Assembly: GCA_001244265.2 (NCBI GenBank)
Contig: CDLV01000006.1
Coordinates: 1,178,001 to 1,242,000, forward strand
Direction: 5' to 3'
DNA from: Microbotryum violaceum
Taxonomy: Eukaryota
Length of the DNA stretch: 64,000 bases
Below, piece by piece: positions 48,076-61,942 of this stretch (position 1 is its first letter; the number at the start of each line of letters is the position of its first letter). The notes under the pieces were generated by a model that was given only the letters and a program-made list of their open reading frames with translations, made no database searches and had not been told where the DNA came from. The position numbers were made by a program, and so were the translations under genes.

Positions 48076-51000
48076 CTATGCACCCGAAACTTTCTTCGTC
48101 GGTAGGCTCACTGCAGGTAGAACAAAGTCAGTGATCCAATTCCTTCCTCGCGCTCCATGGTCAAGTGACGAACACTCACCATCGTCGTCCTCGGCCTTTC
48201 GCTTCTTACCACCCCTACCGGCTCCTCTTTCACCTGGCGGCGCACACTTGGGGCAGAACCACTCGCCCTCGGGAATACCCTTGATCGGTGGGCTCAAACA
48301 CGCGCCATGGAAGGCATTCTCGCACTGCGAGGAGATCAATGTCGAACTTAGCGCTTGATCCTGTCTCACCCCATCGACAACGAGACGTACCATCTCGCAC
48401 TCCAAGCTTTCCTCCGGCCCCTCGAACTTTCCACAGACCAGACAACTGTCCGTCGCATTGTACACGACAGGGAACCGACCAATCTGATCCCACTTTTCTT
48501 GCGCCGTTCGACTTGCCCCCGTATCCTTGGTCGCAAGAGCCGAAGCGATAGGCGTCACAACCGCGACGGGAACGGGAGGACCGAATGAGAACCCAAAGCC
48601 GGACAGGTCCACGACGGGGCGGAGCGCTTTCGACGCCTGTGACGTTGAATCATTCTCGACCTTATCCGCTTTTTCGGTCGCATCCGGCGTGTCGACCTCA
48701 TCCGCTTTCTGGTCCACCTCTGCACCCTTGATGGCGGGTGGACGCGCGATGAACAGGGTTGTGGCTTGACCCGCGGCAATATCGAGGATCTCGACTCCAT
48801 CAAGCTGTTCAATTCGAGAAGGTTTCGTTGCCGATCGAGGAGCGTCGACACCTAGAGCCAATTCGCCGTTTTGTGCGTTCTGCCCCCAACTGACCGTCAC
48901 TTCGCCATCCTGGTCGTTGCTGGCATTGGCGAACAAGGTGACGCCGCCCGCGGCGATCTGATCCCACTTTATGCCTTGGAGGTCCAACACGGACTTGGGC
49001 GTCATCCAGGGCTAACGAATGAGACCCGACCCAAAAAAGGCTTAGGAAGGATGTTGCATCTACGATTCAAGTCAGCTTCACTCACCTGACCCGCACTTCC
49101 ATCCCCTGACGTTTTCCATCGACCTGACCGAAGAAAAGGTGGCGATCAGGAACTGGTCACAATTCACATCCGCCCATGATCGCAACTTACCACACAGCAG
49201 CACCATCCCTTGACCATCAATGAACATCGAGTTGGTCGCACCACACGCGATCTTGACGATTCGGCTTGTCTCGGTCGGATATTGAAAGGCTGGGATGGCG
49301 ACCGGTGAAAGAGCATCCTCTTGCTTCCCGGTTCCAAGTCGACCGAGACCTGGTCAACCACAGCTTGTGGTCAGCAGCGATACCACGCATCATAACGTAT
49401 ACCGCTAAAACCTGACTCACCTCCGAAACCCCAGGCGTAGGCAACACCCTCCTCATCGAGCGCGATCGCATGCTGTTGCCCGCACGCAATCTGCACAATC
49501 TGCTTGCCTCGCAATACGCCCTGCACGAGCAGCGGCTCGGACTGCTCGGTGAAGAGCACCTTTGATGCGGCAATGTGTTCCCCCGTCCTCCCGTTGCCCA
49601 AGACACCCTTCTCGCCCGTGCCTACGGCGTAGACGCGCCCCGACTTGCACAGGAAGAGGGAGAAGGTCGTTCCGCAACTGGCGGCCACGACTTTCTCCCT
49701 TCGTAGATCACCGAGAACGCGTGTGAACCCGGTGACATGCTCATGTGCCTCGTTATCGTGTCCGCACTGGGAAAGTGATAGAAAGATCATGTGAGAGGAT
49801 AGAGTCAGCGACGCCCTAGTTGAATGAAACGCGTCAGAATTGACGGACTTGACCAAAGTGGTTCCATCCAGCCGACCATGCTTCACCATGCTCAGTGATC
49901 AGGATGGTGTGCCCACGACCTGTCGCTGCCGAGACAATGCCCTGTGATTTCAAAATCGCCGGTACGTTCTGCTCTGGCAGGGACTTGAGGGGAAATGGGA
50001 ACGAGGCGGGAGGGGTCGGCGACGGGGTGCCGTCGGTTGAGAGGAACGGGGTCGTCAACTCTGCAGGCAGAGGGTACGAGAGCTGGTAGTGTTCGTTGCG
50101 TCCAAAGAGGTAGGCCTAGATCGAAAGAAAATTCGGGTGAGTATTGTGCATCTATTCGTTGGCGGCGCATAGAGAGGTCGTACCTCGTTTGAGCCTGCGT
50201 TCGAGCGAGAACGATGAAAATCAGCCTCTGCTTGCACGGGAACGCAGGCACTCACACAGCATGACTCACTCGAAATAGCGACAGCATGGCAGCTCGAGTG
50301 GGACATGTGGACACTCTTGAATTTGACTGTTTTCGGAACGAGAAACCCCGTACGTTCGGTGAGCCAGAAGTTGCCGAAAGGAGGCATCGAGGGCCTGAAT
50401 CGAGCCAACCACCGGTTACATGACACCCTCATCGCTGAGTGGATGTGGCAAGGATGCTTGTGGTGCCTTACCATTGGCGACCCATCGCATAATCTGGGCT
50501 GCGGGGAGATCCGGTCTATAGGGGTATACGAGTCGGAAATGAGCGAACGCGGAAGAAACTCGTGGTGCCGAGCCGGCTTTTTCCGGAAAGGGGGTCCCTA
50601 CCTTTCGGGATGCGCGCTGCTTGGTTTGTTGCCGGTCCTGTCTTTACGACCCAAGATGGCGAAATCCGTCCTGTCACAACAAAATTAGCAGAAAAACGGC
50701 ATGGTACGAAACAACATGACGATGTGCGACGAAGATAGAGGGAAGAAGCGGGGGAAAAGGGCGAATGAGGAGAAATGATAGGGGTGGCATTGGAGCGACA
50801 GAGTGCAGGAGTTGTGTGTGACAACGTTGACGGATCCGAGGCAAAGTCAGCGTCGGCGCGCTTGGAATGCAAGACCACACAAGAGGCTCGAATGATGAAT
50901 GGGGACTGTTGAGGCACAGTCGCCGACACGCGCGTGTTCGGCCCTAGCGCGGCAGAGAGGGGGGTAGTGAGGGGACAGATCCGACTTACCCGCCAGCGAT

Positions 51001-51244
51001 CAAGACTGTTCGTCCGGGGTATGGCCACGTCAAGGGTCACCGCGGGAACAGGCGTGGGTCAGCATCCGGAAACGGCAAGGCGCGCGGGGGAGTGGGGGGA
51101 TGATGACTCGAACTGCAGGTCGAGGGGGAGGGGGGCGGGCCCAAACAAGCAGCTAGAGGACAAAACGAGCGCGGGGCAAGGGCGGAGAGCGAGTACAGGG
51201 GGCACCACGAACGAGCACTTACGGCGGCCCCAGGCTTGCTTCAT
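48076..51244 (-). CDS. RCC1-repeat beta-propeller protein (RCC2-like) with a C-terminal PHD finger
   Basis: MKQAWGRL|LIAGG|TDFAILGRK start; RCC1 repeats AATGRGHTILITEHGEAWSAGWNHFGQ|CG, SCGTTFSLFL...YAVGTGEKGVLGNG, ACGQQHAIALD...AWGFGG, SWGQNAQNGELALG; PHD CLVCGK...LECEM|CENAFHGACLSPPIKGIPEGEWFCPKC; NLS KKRKA. Confidence 0.88.
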
Positions 51245-52399
51245 TGCGGTTTCCGGCCTTAGTAGTGCGTTGGCGCAAGGCGAAGGAGCGAGCGTGATCT
51301 GAAATCAGGACGCGGAAGCGGTGGGCGGCGCGCCGGGCCTCGCCAGCCTGGCGCGGCAGGGTGGGCGGCGCGCGCCTTAGAGAACAAGACCGGCTCTGGG
51401 CGAGGCCTCGTAATAGTAGTACGGACCTGACCGGGCCGGACCCGCGAAGAGTGCCTGTTGGTCACCAAACTGAGGGTGATATGGATATTGTGGGGTTGAG
51501 ATACATCGCGGTAACTGGCTTAAGGATCCTTTCAGCTTCAACGCCTCTTCGGAGTCGGTGGGTACAGAGGGTGGTGGACCTGGTGGTGGTAGATATGTAC
51601 ACGGAGCCTGCAGTGCGCCCCGCGTTGGGGCCGGGTACAATATTGAGCTCCTTGAAGAGGCGTTGAAAGCCGAAAGGATTCGAAGGGTTAGGACTACTGG
51701 CTGACCGGCCTTCGCGTTGCTCTTCTCAAAAGCGCCCAGACCTACATCACGACCTTGGGAACGAAGATCACCACCCCCGGGGAGATGCCACACTTTCGGC
51801 GCAACCTCGAGGTACGGCCTGGGGGATCGTTCAAGCTTCTCCTTAAAGGCGGTTACTGATGCTACTTTCAACTTTCGTAAAATGCGATGAAAGATGTCGA
51901 ACTCAACACCTGTTTACCGGTCCGTCTCACGTACAGGGAGGGAGCGGTAGTCGCTCAACCATGCCGCGATCTTTAGGTGGGCCACTGTTGCTACTGCCGC
52001 CATCCAGGGCATGTTCGTTCCATCTGTCTGATTTTCAGGCCAAGATCCAACGATAGGTTGTCGGACTTGTCGCGTGGCCACGTCCATCCCCAACCCTCGA
52101 GCGACTTCAGACAGGGCCACCTGTGATATATGGGCGACCGCTACTACCTAAAGCAAGAAGTCTCGACCCCCACGCGCGGCGGACGAAGGTCATGTATTTT
52201 GCTGACTGGTGCTGGCGCATGTGTTACCAGAAATCCTTCAGTCAACCGAGGTGCTGGGTGGTTCCACCTACCTTGCCTTCACTACATCCACAAGGCTTGT
52301 CAGACGAAGCGCGCAAGCCGCTCGGAAAACTCGGGGCAATTATCGATTTAGCGGAGGCCTCCGCCGACAGGGAGACCCGTGCATCAAGAACTGCAGCCC

Positions 52400-53170
52400 G
52401 ACACGCTCTGGGAAAGTTGTGAGCAGTTGTGAGCGCTTGCTCTTCAATAGCGCCTGTATTGCCTCAACCCACCACCGTCCGGACCACCATTGGCGACCAC
52501 TACTCCCCGCAACCCTGCACCTACTCGTTCCTTGACCTGTCCCTATACGATCAAAGAAAGCCCTCTGGCGCTTCATCAATGAGATCCGCTACCCTTCGTT
52601 GGACGAAGGAATAAGGCTATAAAGACCAAAAAGTATCACAAAGGCGCAGAAGCAACAGTTCTGGCTCTGGCTCATCGAAAACGCGGTCAAAAAGGACGTT
52701 CATCGGAAGCTGATCTATGGGGTGACACTAACATGCGTTCTTCATCACCTCGCGCACACTGCTTCCGATGGGTGTCCACATTGCGGCGAGCGAGACAATT
52801 TCACGCACTTCTTCTTTATTTATGACCATTCACGTGAGTATTGGCGCCTGATCTTGCAGCTGCTGAGCGTTGCGCTTGGTCAGGCGGTGGCAGGTGGCGT
52901 CCAGCCTAGCGAAGTTGAGTCTCCTCACATCATGCTTGGCGTGCGGGCGTCGCGACTCTCGGACTCCATCGTCGTTCGAGTCGTTCTTGCATTCGCTTTC
53001 AACAAGCTCTACCTTGCTCGATGGCATCGACACAAAATTCAGATTTAACTACCAACCCCATACTTGCTCGCTCGCGTGGTTAGCTCGCATTTTAAATGTC
53101 GACTGCGAGGTCTGCCAGACGGCGAGCTTCTGATGGGTATGGAGCTTGGGAGGTTCGGGTTCGAAATTCC

Positions 53171-53206
<36 letters not shown>
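52400..53206 (+). mobile_element. Degenerate LINE 3' fragment ending in a (TC)n tail (left boundary uncertain, may extend to ~51900)
   Basis: zf-RVT-like FWLWLIENAVKKDVHRKLIYGVTLT...CPHCGERDNFTHFFF.YDHSREYW; frameshifts and stops; (TC)~15 at 53177-53206. Confidence 0.7.
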
Positions 53207-53211
<5 letters not shown>

Positions 53212-53826
53212 TCATCAATGGGGGTCAATCTATGTTCGTAGCATGGCGACCTCCATCGTATCGGACCAATCCGGACAAGGGAATAAAAAGATTTAATGAA
53301 AGTTTTTATTTGAATCCATTTAATTAAATTAATTTTCGCTACCGCTCCGGGCTGTGACGAGGCAGTAAGATTCAAAGATTGTTCATATCGCAGTGTGCAT
53401 GACATGCTCAAGCATTTCAACAGCTCTCGCGCGTAGATTTAGACGATATCATGCAGAATGCATAGCTCGTCGCCGACTGCATAAGTAAGACAGCCTCTCG
53501 GACCTCGGCGATGAGGCTCGCCGAGCCACCGGTGCAACACGATAAAACACGATAAAATGTCGTTCAAACCCACCATGGCATATTCGGAGTTAGGAGCAGC
53601 TGAGAAGAAGAACAATTAATATAAGCTGCTCCGTAATTGGTCACGGGGAAGTAGCTGTGCATGCGGTGAAATACGTCTATGAAAATCAACTTCAGGGCGC
53701 GACCGGTGTTGAGCATGCCCAGTAGGCAGCGCAGCTAGCGCAGGCTTGCTTCCGACGCACCACTCATTGCCCGGTCACAGCAGCCCGTCGCTCCAGTTGC
53801 AGCTGCCAGCAGCACCGCCGCACGCC

Positions 53827-56239
53827 ATGACGTCGCTGCGAGACGTGAACCCGACCTCGACCCAAGCATCGTTGTACAAAGACGAGGGCAAGGACAAGGA
53901 GGATGTCGCACCGCAGGAGAAATACACGCAGTCGCTCCGGACCAACATCAAGTCAGTCAAGAGGCTCCGAATCGACTTCGCCGTCATCGAGCCGCGACCG
54001 AGTCCATTCGGATCGATCAAGAGAGCGCCGTGCTGACTTTGGTGTTGACGGACATGGTTTGGCGTGTACTTCAGATTTGCACCTCTAGCTGTACCACGCC
54101 ATCGACGACTGCAGGTCAGTCTGAGGCCCGCTGTGGCACCCGCTGGCTGCTCCTTCTCCGTCTCCGTCTCCGACTCGGATTGCCTCCTCTCCCGAGCGCG
54201 TTGCCCACCGACACCAGTGCCCGTGGCGTGCACGCACGCACGCAGGCCGAGGCAGAGCACACGCGAGGCGGAGAAGGGAGCCGGGAGCCATCCCCGGTCG
54301 AGTATATGTCATCTAACACCACCGATTCACGCGGGTGGTGTGCCCTGATTCCCCAGACCATGGCAGTGTTGGGATGGACGACCGCACTGCCACTCATGCT
54401 TGGTTTGTTCTTTCTATTGTGGTAAGTGCTATACCCCAAATTCTCCTCCGAAGGCGCGCCGGTTCCGGTCCCCTGCCTCCGCCCCCCGTCCCCCGCCCCG
54501 GCCCCCGCTCGTGACCGCGAACCCCCACTTGTGCTGATTCTTCTCACTTTGCCTGGATTCCTTGCTGTATCGACGTTCTCATTCTGATCTGTACAGCTCA
54601 ATCCCCCTTCTATGGCCCATCATCGTGCCCTATCTCTTCTGGATCCACCTCATCGACAACTCGCCGACGCAGGGAGGACGAGCGAGCAAATGGCTTCGCC
54701 AAAGTCGGTTCTGGGTGTGGTTCACAGGGTACTATCCTATCAGGTCCGTCGATCGTCGGAGTTTCATGCAGGTATCTGGACGAGCTGTACTCACTTTCAT
54801 ATCTTTTTCCTCGACCGCCAGTCTCGTCAAGGTGTGTTTCCCGTCCATGGAGCCGAGCTGCGGCGGACCCGAGCTTGATAAGAGCCCTTCGTGAACAATC
54901 AAGTGACAACAACTGATCTCTGATGGATGATGTAAACAGACGGTCGATTTACCTCCAGATCGGAAATACGTCTTCGGTAAGCTGGAAGACAACCACTCAG
55001 AGTAAAAGCTACCCCGACTAAGAATTTCGTTCGGCGATGTTTTGCACCCCAGGTTACCACCCCCATGGCATAATTGGAATGGGTGCAAGTGAGTGATGAG
55101 CGCAGATCTAGGCATGTCTCCATCCTTGTAGCAGGCTCTCACATATGCTCTTCGGCCTTCTTGTTCTGCAGTTGCCAATTTTGGGACCGACGGTCAGCTC
55201 GCACGTCTCGAAACTTACGAGCGCAGGCACTTACTGATCCAACTCGAACCTTGCTGCTCATTAACAGCCACTGGGTTCTCTGAGCTCTTCCCAGGACTCA
55301 ACCCTCATCTCCTCACACTTGCCAGCAACTTCAAATTGCCGATATATCGAGACTTCTTGCTTGCGCTCGGCATCTGCTCAGTCAGTATGAAATCTTGCCA
55401 AAACATCCTCAAACAGGGTGAGTCAGAGATCTGCAGCCTCAAAACAGATGAAGAGGTTTACAATTGTCTCACACTGCTTTGAATCAGGCCCGGGGTCTGC
55501 TTTGACCATTGTCGTCGGAGGAGCTGCGGAATCCCTTTCGGCGCATCCTGGCACAGCCAACTTGACACTCCGTCGCCGAATGGGCTTCATCAAGCTGGCG
55601 ATGCGTCAAGGCGCGGATCTTGTACCCGTCTTTTCATTCGGAGAGAACGATGTGGGTTTATGCTGATGTCCGTTTGCACCATCTGCGACAGCTGACTCCG
55701 TTCAAAACTTTACTCGACACAGATCTTCGAACAGATGCCGAACGAGAGAGGGACGAAGCTGTACAAGATGCAAAAGAAGTTTCAGACCGCTTTTGGATTC
55801 ACTCTACGTCAGTTGACTTGCCCAAACGCTCACATCGAACAATGCCCGACTGACATTTGACCTTCTCCCGCAGCGATCTTCCACGGCCGAGGAATTTTTA
55901 ACTGTGAGTGGCAAAACGTTGTCTGAGCAGGTCAGGAAATTGATCAAAATCTCGTTTATTTACAGATAACCTTGGCATCTTGCCGTACCGTCATCCGATC
56001 GTGTCGGTCGTCGGTCGGCCCATCCGCGTTTCGCAGCGTGACAACCCTACTAAGGAGGAACTCGAGGAGGTGCAGGAACGATACATCGAGGAGTTGAAGA
56101 GAATCTGGGACGAGTGAGTGCTGTTGCTGTTTGTTCCTACGAGCCTGAGATCGAGTACTCATTTCGCGTGCCTGTCCTACGCAGTTACAAAAATCAACAT
56201 GCCATCAAGCGAAAGGGCGAACTTCGTATTATTGCCTGA
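53827..56239 (+). CDS. DGA1: Diacylglycerol O-acyltransferase 2 (14 exons)
   Basis: FAPLAVPRHRRLQT, GYYPISLVKT, YVFGYHPHGIIGMGA, IVVGGAAESL, RMGFIKLA, LVPVFSFGEND, GFTLPIFHGRG, PIVSVVGRPI; 13 GT-AG introns. Confidence 0.97.
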
Positions 56240-56692
56240 TACCGGGGTTGAATTTCTGCATGCTGTGACTCGCCACCATCTCCTGTGGTCCTCAGGTTCA
56301 AAATTGATTATCTCTGACCACGATGTACGCGGCTTCATTCACACGCGCTCGTCCGAAGATGTTTTCTGATAGTCCCTCCTAGCGCCTTATGCTTTGTAGT
56401 GTATTTCTCCCGAAGTGTTTGCTATCCTCACTTACGACATAGATATTTTATCAAAGCCCGAGCGAGCTGTCCAAGCGGTGCATGCTCGAGCGTGTACGTC
56501 GAAGAGTGGCGATTTTCTCTCTTCGAAGGCACGTTCATGATGATGGTCAAGACTGTTTGCAAGCGATTACTGAGATTTGAGGTAGGCTACAGATTGCACT
56601 AACTCCAATTGAGCTGTGGGGGAACGTGGGGGAAAACAACATAACACAGAAAGAGTAAAGAGAACGAAGAGGCACACATATTCACAAACACC

Positions 56693-59017
56693 TCAAAGAA
56701 CATAAGCGGGCACCCTCTTGAGAGCCTCCTCGTAATCCGGAGGTGCGCAAATCCAAGCCCCTTCGGCCCCTTCACCCATTTCGGACCTTAAATCTTCGCC
56801 ACGCTCTTCGCGAGCCTCGCGTTCGGCGCGTTGTCGGGCACAAGAAGGTTCAGCGTGTTGCGCCAAGGCCGACATGGTCGGTTCGGCGACTGAACCGATC
56901 GTAATGGGGATGAACAGTTCACGCTTGGTTCCGGGGAAGGCGAGAGGGGAAGGCGAGGGGCGAGTCCTCGCTGCAGCTCCCGGCGGCAACGTCGATAAGG
57001 GTGTGAAGAAGGGGTTGACGACCGAGGTCCCGTTCAAGTCTGACGTGGCGGGAGCTCGAGGGGGCGTAAACGTGTTGGCGGCCGGGATGTCAAGGTCGGG
57101 CGAGAGTCGCTTCAGTTCGGTCAGCGTCGCTCCGAGCTGAGGCGAGGCAAAACCCATCTCGATCGAGAGGTAGAAGCGCGTCGAAACGTGCAAATGACGG
57201 CGATACTCTTGCATGACTGGGGGTCGGGTGCGGAATACGGGCGAGAACCACGAGCACGCGCCTTGCTTCAACGTCGGGACAGCGGTGGGCTCGAGATCGA
57301 GCTCGGTCGAGTAGCCATGTGCCCACGCAGGGTTGGAAGGGTCTAGACCGTGGAGAGGAAGAGCAATGTCGTTGATGTCGACCTGAGCAAGCTCGGTAGG
57401 GTCGGCACCAGGTCGCGACGAGTAAGGGATCCAGCCCCATCGGGATACGATCTCTTCCTCGTCTCGGCACCATGGCTCGACGAGCATCTCCTCGGGGTAG
57501 TTGAGATCGCGCACGCTGACACCGGGGGCACCCCACTCCTCCTCGATCGCGTCGTGCAGAGAGCAGCGTGTCGAGTCGCGCACATAGGTCTTGCGCACGA
57601 GCGCAAGGCGGATGTACAGATCTGTCGGCTCGAGGGGTCGGTCTCGGATGCGCAACGACACGGGGATTGAAGCGTGGCCGCCGGGCGAGAAATGAGACGT
57701 CGGCAACGAAGGGTGGACATGGTGGAAGCCAGTCGGGACCGTTCGCAAGGTGAACGACTGTGCAAGGGAGGCGAGCATGCCCAGGGGGTGGTCATGCTTG
57801 AGCACAGGCAGCTCGGGGGCAGGTGCTGGGAGCGTCGAAGGGAGGATGTGGAAGGGCAGCGAGTAGATCTTGAGTCGACGCGGGGTTCCGTTCGGCGCGC
57901 AGGCGGCCGCGGTGATGGTGAGGGCCATCGAGTAGTGGATGCGGAACTGTGCGCATTCGAACGATGGAGGCCTACACGGAGAGATATGATATTAGTCACA
58001 GCTAATATGGGAGGATCTCGCAAGATATAGCGCATAGAAGACTCACATTCGGCTCGTCACTGGAATCTTCATGCTAAGAGGGATGCTGTACGTGCCCGGC
58101 GGGAGGCGCTCCTGACCGGGCAGCTCTGCCTCAAGCCCCTGCGTGTGTCGAGCAGCTTGGGCATCGCGTTTCCAGCACTTCAAGCCGGTCGAAAGGTCGA
58201 CGCAAAAGTCGGCGATCATGCGCTGAGCCACAATCTTGCCTGTCAGGGGGTCGAGCAGATCAATCATGCCCGTGACGCCGAGTTGCATGCCGGCGATGGC
58301 GGTGAAGGGGAGGCCATCGGGTCGGACAATGCGCATCCACGGCTGGAAGTGGATCCTTTGCGAAGGAAAGAACGCAGGCGGGACGACGTGCTCGGGGTCG
58401 TCGTTGATGTTGTTCGACGGAGCGAACGACGCCTCGGGCGTTTTGAAGACGAGCTTGAGCGAAAAGTCCTGAGCGGACCAGTCGTCATCGGCCGGTCGTC
58501 TGGGCTCGTCAATGGCAACGGCTTTTTCGGCAGCTCGAGGATATTTTGGAGCAAACCGTTGTCGAGAGTGGGTCCTTGTTTCGGACGAGAAGATGGGTTC
58601 GGCGGGCTGCGGCGACTTGGCCATTGCGGAGGTTGGTGGCGCCGACGCGACGACGCGCGCCGTTGGGGCCGGGAGCGCGAACCCCTCGAACGAGTTGCTC
58701 GCCGACATGGGGCACGAACTGGCCGCCGAGGTCGGGGGCGAGCTGGCCGCCGTCGATTGCGGCGACGAGAACATGCTCGAACTCGACGACGAGGATATGG
58801 AAGACGTAGACGACGCAGAGGATGACGAGGACGAGGACGAGGCCTCGGCGTAATCCGAGCTGTCATCTTGGTCGGTCCACGGGGCTCGCGGTCGCGCCAA
58901 CGCCGCGGCGGCCACATCCGCGAGGTTGAACGCGCCGGCCTTAGGACGAGATCGCAGGGTGTGTTGCGTCATTGGCGCGGGGACATCATCAGAAGACGTT
59001 GTCGAAGAGAATGACAT
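56693..59017 (-). CDS. Alpha-arrestin-like adaptor protein (2 exons)
   Basis: LPPGTYSIPLSMKIP...M|PPSFERAQFRIHYSM arrestin-N-type motif, IPITIGS, and a C-terminal PY motif PPDY; Ser-rich N-terminus. Confidence 0.65.
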
Positions 59018-60925
59018 GGCTTGGAGTGGGCCGGAGGTCGAGGTTGGATGAGGAAGAGGGAGAAGTGACAAAAGCGCGGCGCGGTGAGGCCACGGTCGAA
59101 GCGCGTAGCCGGTGCACAGACGAGTTGAATGAGTTAATGAGGCGTCAGGCGTCACGACGGCCGACGCGACGGGTCAAGGAGCGGGCGCGCGTGAATCGGG
59201 ATCGTCGTAGGGTTTGTGCAGCAGCGGTGACTGCCGTTACCTGTAATATGGCTGAGTCGGCAGCAGTTTGTTGGGAGGAGGGAAGGAGTGCAAAAGGATC
59301 TGCAACTCGCCGCTTGAGTGGAAACCTAAAAAGATCGGTCTCGGTAATCTGCTGTCCGTGCAGGGTTTCAACGGGGGCAAGAGGTGCGTCTGAGAAGAAA
59401 GGCTCCAACGGTCGTCGCTCGCTCGAGCGCAATTATTGGTGGCGGCGCGAGCGCGCGGCGGGCGGGTTCGTCGTAGCCCAAGGCCACAAGGCCTTGTTAT
59501 GACTTGGATCGCCAACGGTTCGTCTCAAGTTTCCAATCTCGACTCTCGATTTTCTCCTTTGAACACACTTCATTGACTGAACCGAGGAATTGACGGCTGT
59601 CCTTGCGAACTGAATCTGCCAAGTGGAGGGTTACGATCCTTGTTTGGCCCCTATGCCCTAATGACTGGAATGACTGGCGAATTCTCCCGGACCTACGGCT
59701 CATTTTCGACAGCTCGTCGCAAGCGTTCGTCGTATGAACCTTGCTACAGACAACCCCTGAAGTGTTCCAGTGGGATGTACGGCCCAAAAAGGGTCGCTTC
59801 CATAAACCACAAAAGGTGATCTGACGACCAGAGCCATCCCAAACGCGAGGGTCATTGACCCCTGATATATTGATACCCGGCAGTGGTCGATCACTGGCAC
59901 TAAGCCAAGGTGGCGATCGGTCGGTCACTCAAACAGCCAGTGATCAGACGATCCATCGCCAGTTGGACTTGAAACCTGCTCAAGAGCCCCGTGTTTTACC
60001 CCGTATTCAAGGAGAGAGGATTCCTTCTGGAAATACATAGAATTTGTCCACCCATTTTACGCAGGTGCTGGCAGTGTTGCTGGGCAGGTACCGCAATCGC
60101 ACTTCACTAGGCTGCCCGGCCACGGTATTGGTCGCGTGCGGTGCACGGCGGCGCACGCGCTGGCAGCTGCGCAGTACTATCACTTGAAGTGGGGTTTGTG
60201 GGAGTGAGACTATGCGTCGTCCAAGTCTAACTATAGACGAACTACGTTCTCCAACTGAGTTCAATACAGAGCGCCTCCCGATTTTCCGTGACAGCCGGAC
60301 ATTGCAGTAGTAAGCGATGACGACCCCGGCCCGTCACCGCGTCACCCCGGGCACCGGTCGGCGCTGAGCGCCGGACGGAGGCCACCAGGCCACCGTGACA
60401 GTGCTGCCGGTTGAAGTGACTACTGTGGTCACTGCGGGAGGCGCTTGCACTGATACTCATGATGCATCTTTTGCATAGACCAAATAATACTCTTCATTGA
60501 GGGCTAACATCTCGGAGACCCGACCAGGCCGAGGCCCGACGCGCGCAGCACGGTGGCGACCCGCCGACGGTGAAGGTCCGGGCTTTGGCCAGAGCCTGCG
60601 CTCGGTCCTCCTCGATCTCGTCACACTTCTCAGGAAACACTTCTGTCATCGCGTCGCGACATAGAGGTCCGAGCGCTCATGTTCATGAGGCGTGGGAGAT
60701 GGAAGTATCACCGGCGCAGCAAACCAACTCTTTGATGTGATGAAACACTTTCTTTCGGCTGAAGTGTCGTCGGCTCAGACAGATTCGCAAGGTGCACTAT
60801 ATACTGGGCCGGGGAGTTTTGGTGGCAGCTGAGATTGCACATAACTAATCTTTCAACATCACTTCTGTCTTAACAGAGTTTTGTTCCTTTCCTTCCTCTT
60901 TGACCCCTTTTCGTTCAGATTACGC

Positions 60926-61942
60926 TCACTGCGTCTTCTTCTCCTCGGTGACAGCAACAGCCTCGACAGCAACGACGGGGGCGAGGCCTTGAGCCGCCAA
61001 CTCGGCGTTCTCTTTGGCGAGCTGTTCCTCGACGTACCACTCCGAGATCTGCAGAACAACGACACCGACCAACAAGGCGGCGATGATGGTGTTACCGGCG
61101 CAGAGAACCGAGTTGTGCTCGACTCGCTTGTCCCAGCCCATGGGTTCGGCATTGCGCAGAGCCGCAGCGGCATTGCGGGCTCGATCACCCAAAGGTCCCG
61201 TGTTGGACTTGGCAAAGTAGGCTTGAAGACGCGTGAAGGTATCGGGTATGCTCGAAGCTAGGATAGACTTGTCGAGCGGGTCCCTGGGTCGAGGAGAAGC
61301 GGCGGTCAGTTCCCCATCTGGAGAGTGGCCGGTGGGTGAGGAGTTGCGATAAGCAAATTGGGACTTACTGAGCAATCAGACGGATCGAGGGAACCGTGAT
61401 GACGATATAGACGGAAGCGACCAAGATCATCAGGACTGTAGCGATCGGCAGTAAAGTGTCAGCATATATTTGTGATGAAAATCACCCACTGCATACCTTC
61501 ATCTCGGACACTCACGTAAGGATGCGCCGGAGAAGTAGTAGGCCGTCTCGGACTTGCGGGCGAACTTGCCCACAAGCGACATGAACAGGATGCCGACCTA
61601 AATATCAAACAAAGCGATGGAGAATGATAGCCTTCAGCGACACTGCGATGCTGTCGACGAGCACCCCGGAAGGCTTGACGAGCAGCAGTGGAACGGAAAC
61701 TGACGACGACGTGCAGGATGACCTTGACGGTCATCTCGGCGTTCCACCAGGTGAGGTAGTAGTTCTCGACCGCAGTGACGGTCCCCTCGGTCAAGATCTG
61801 CTTGCCAAAGAGAAGCGAGCTGTCCCAGACGATCGTCGTGAAGAGCACGCCGAGCAGGAACGACGCCGAGACGATCGAAGCACTGCAAGGGATGGTCGAT
61901 GTTAGACCAGTCTGTCTACTTGTACAGCCCGTTGCCTGACAT
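60926..61942 (-). CDS. SHR3: Shr3-like ER membrane chaperone for amino acid permeases (5 exons)
   Basis: SASFLLGVLFTTIVWD...YY...ILHVV|VGILFMSLVGKF...FSGASL|LLM...VY...VLCAGNTIIAALLVGVVVLQISEWY; four TM helices; C-terminal KKTQ ER-retrieval-like motif. Confidence 0.85.

Noticed and set aside
55085-55095. Possible GC-AG intron in DGA1
   Set aside because: A canonical GTGAGT donor four bases later gives the expected MGAIANF frame.
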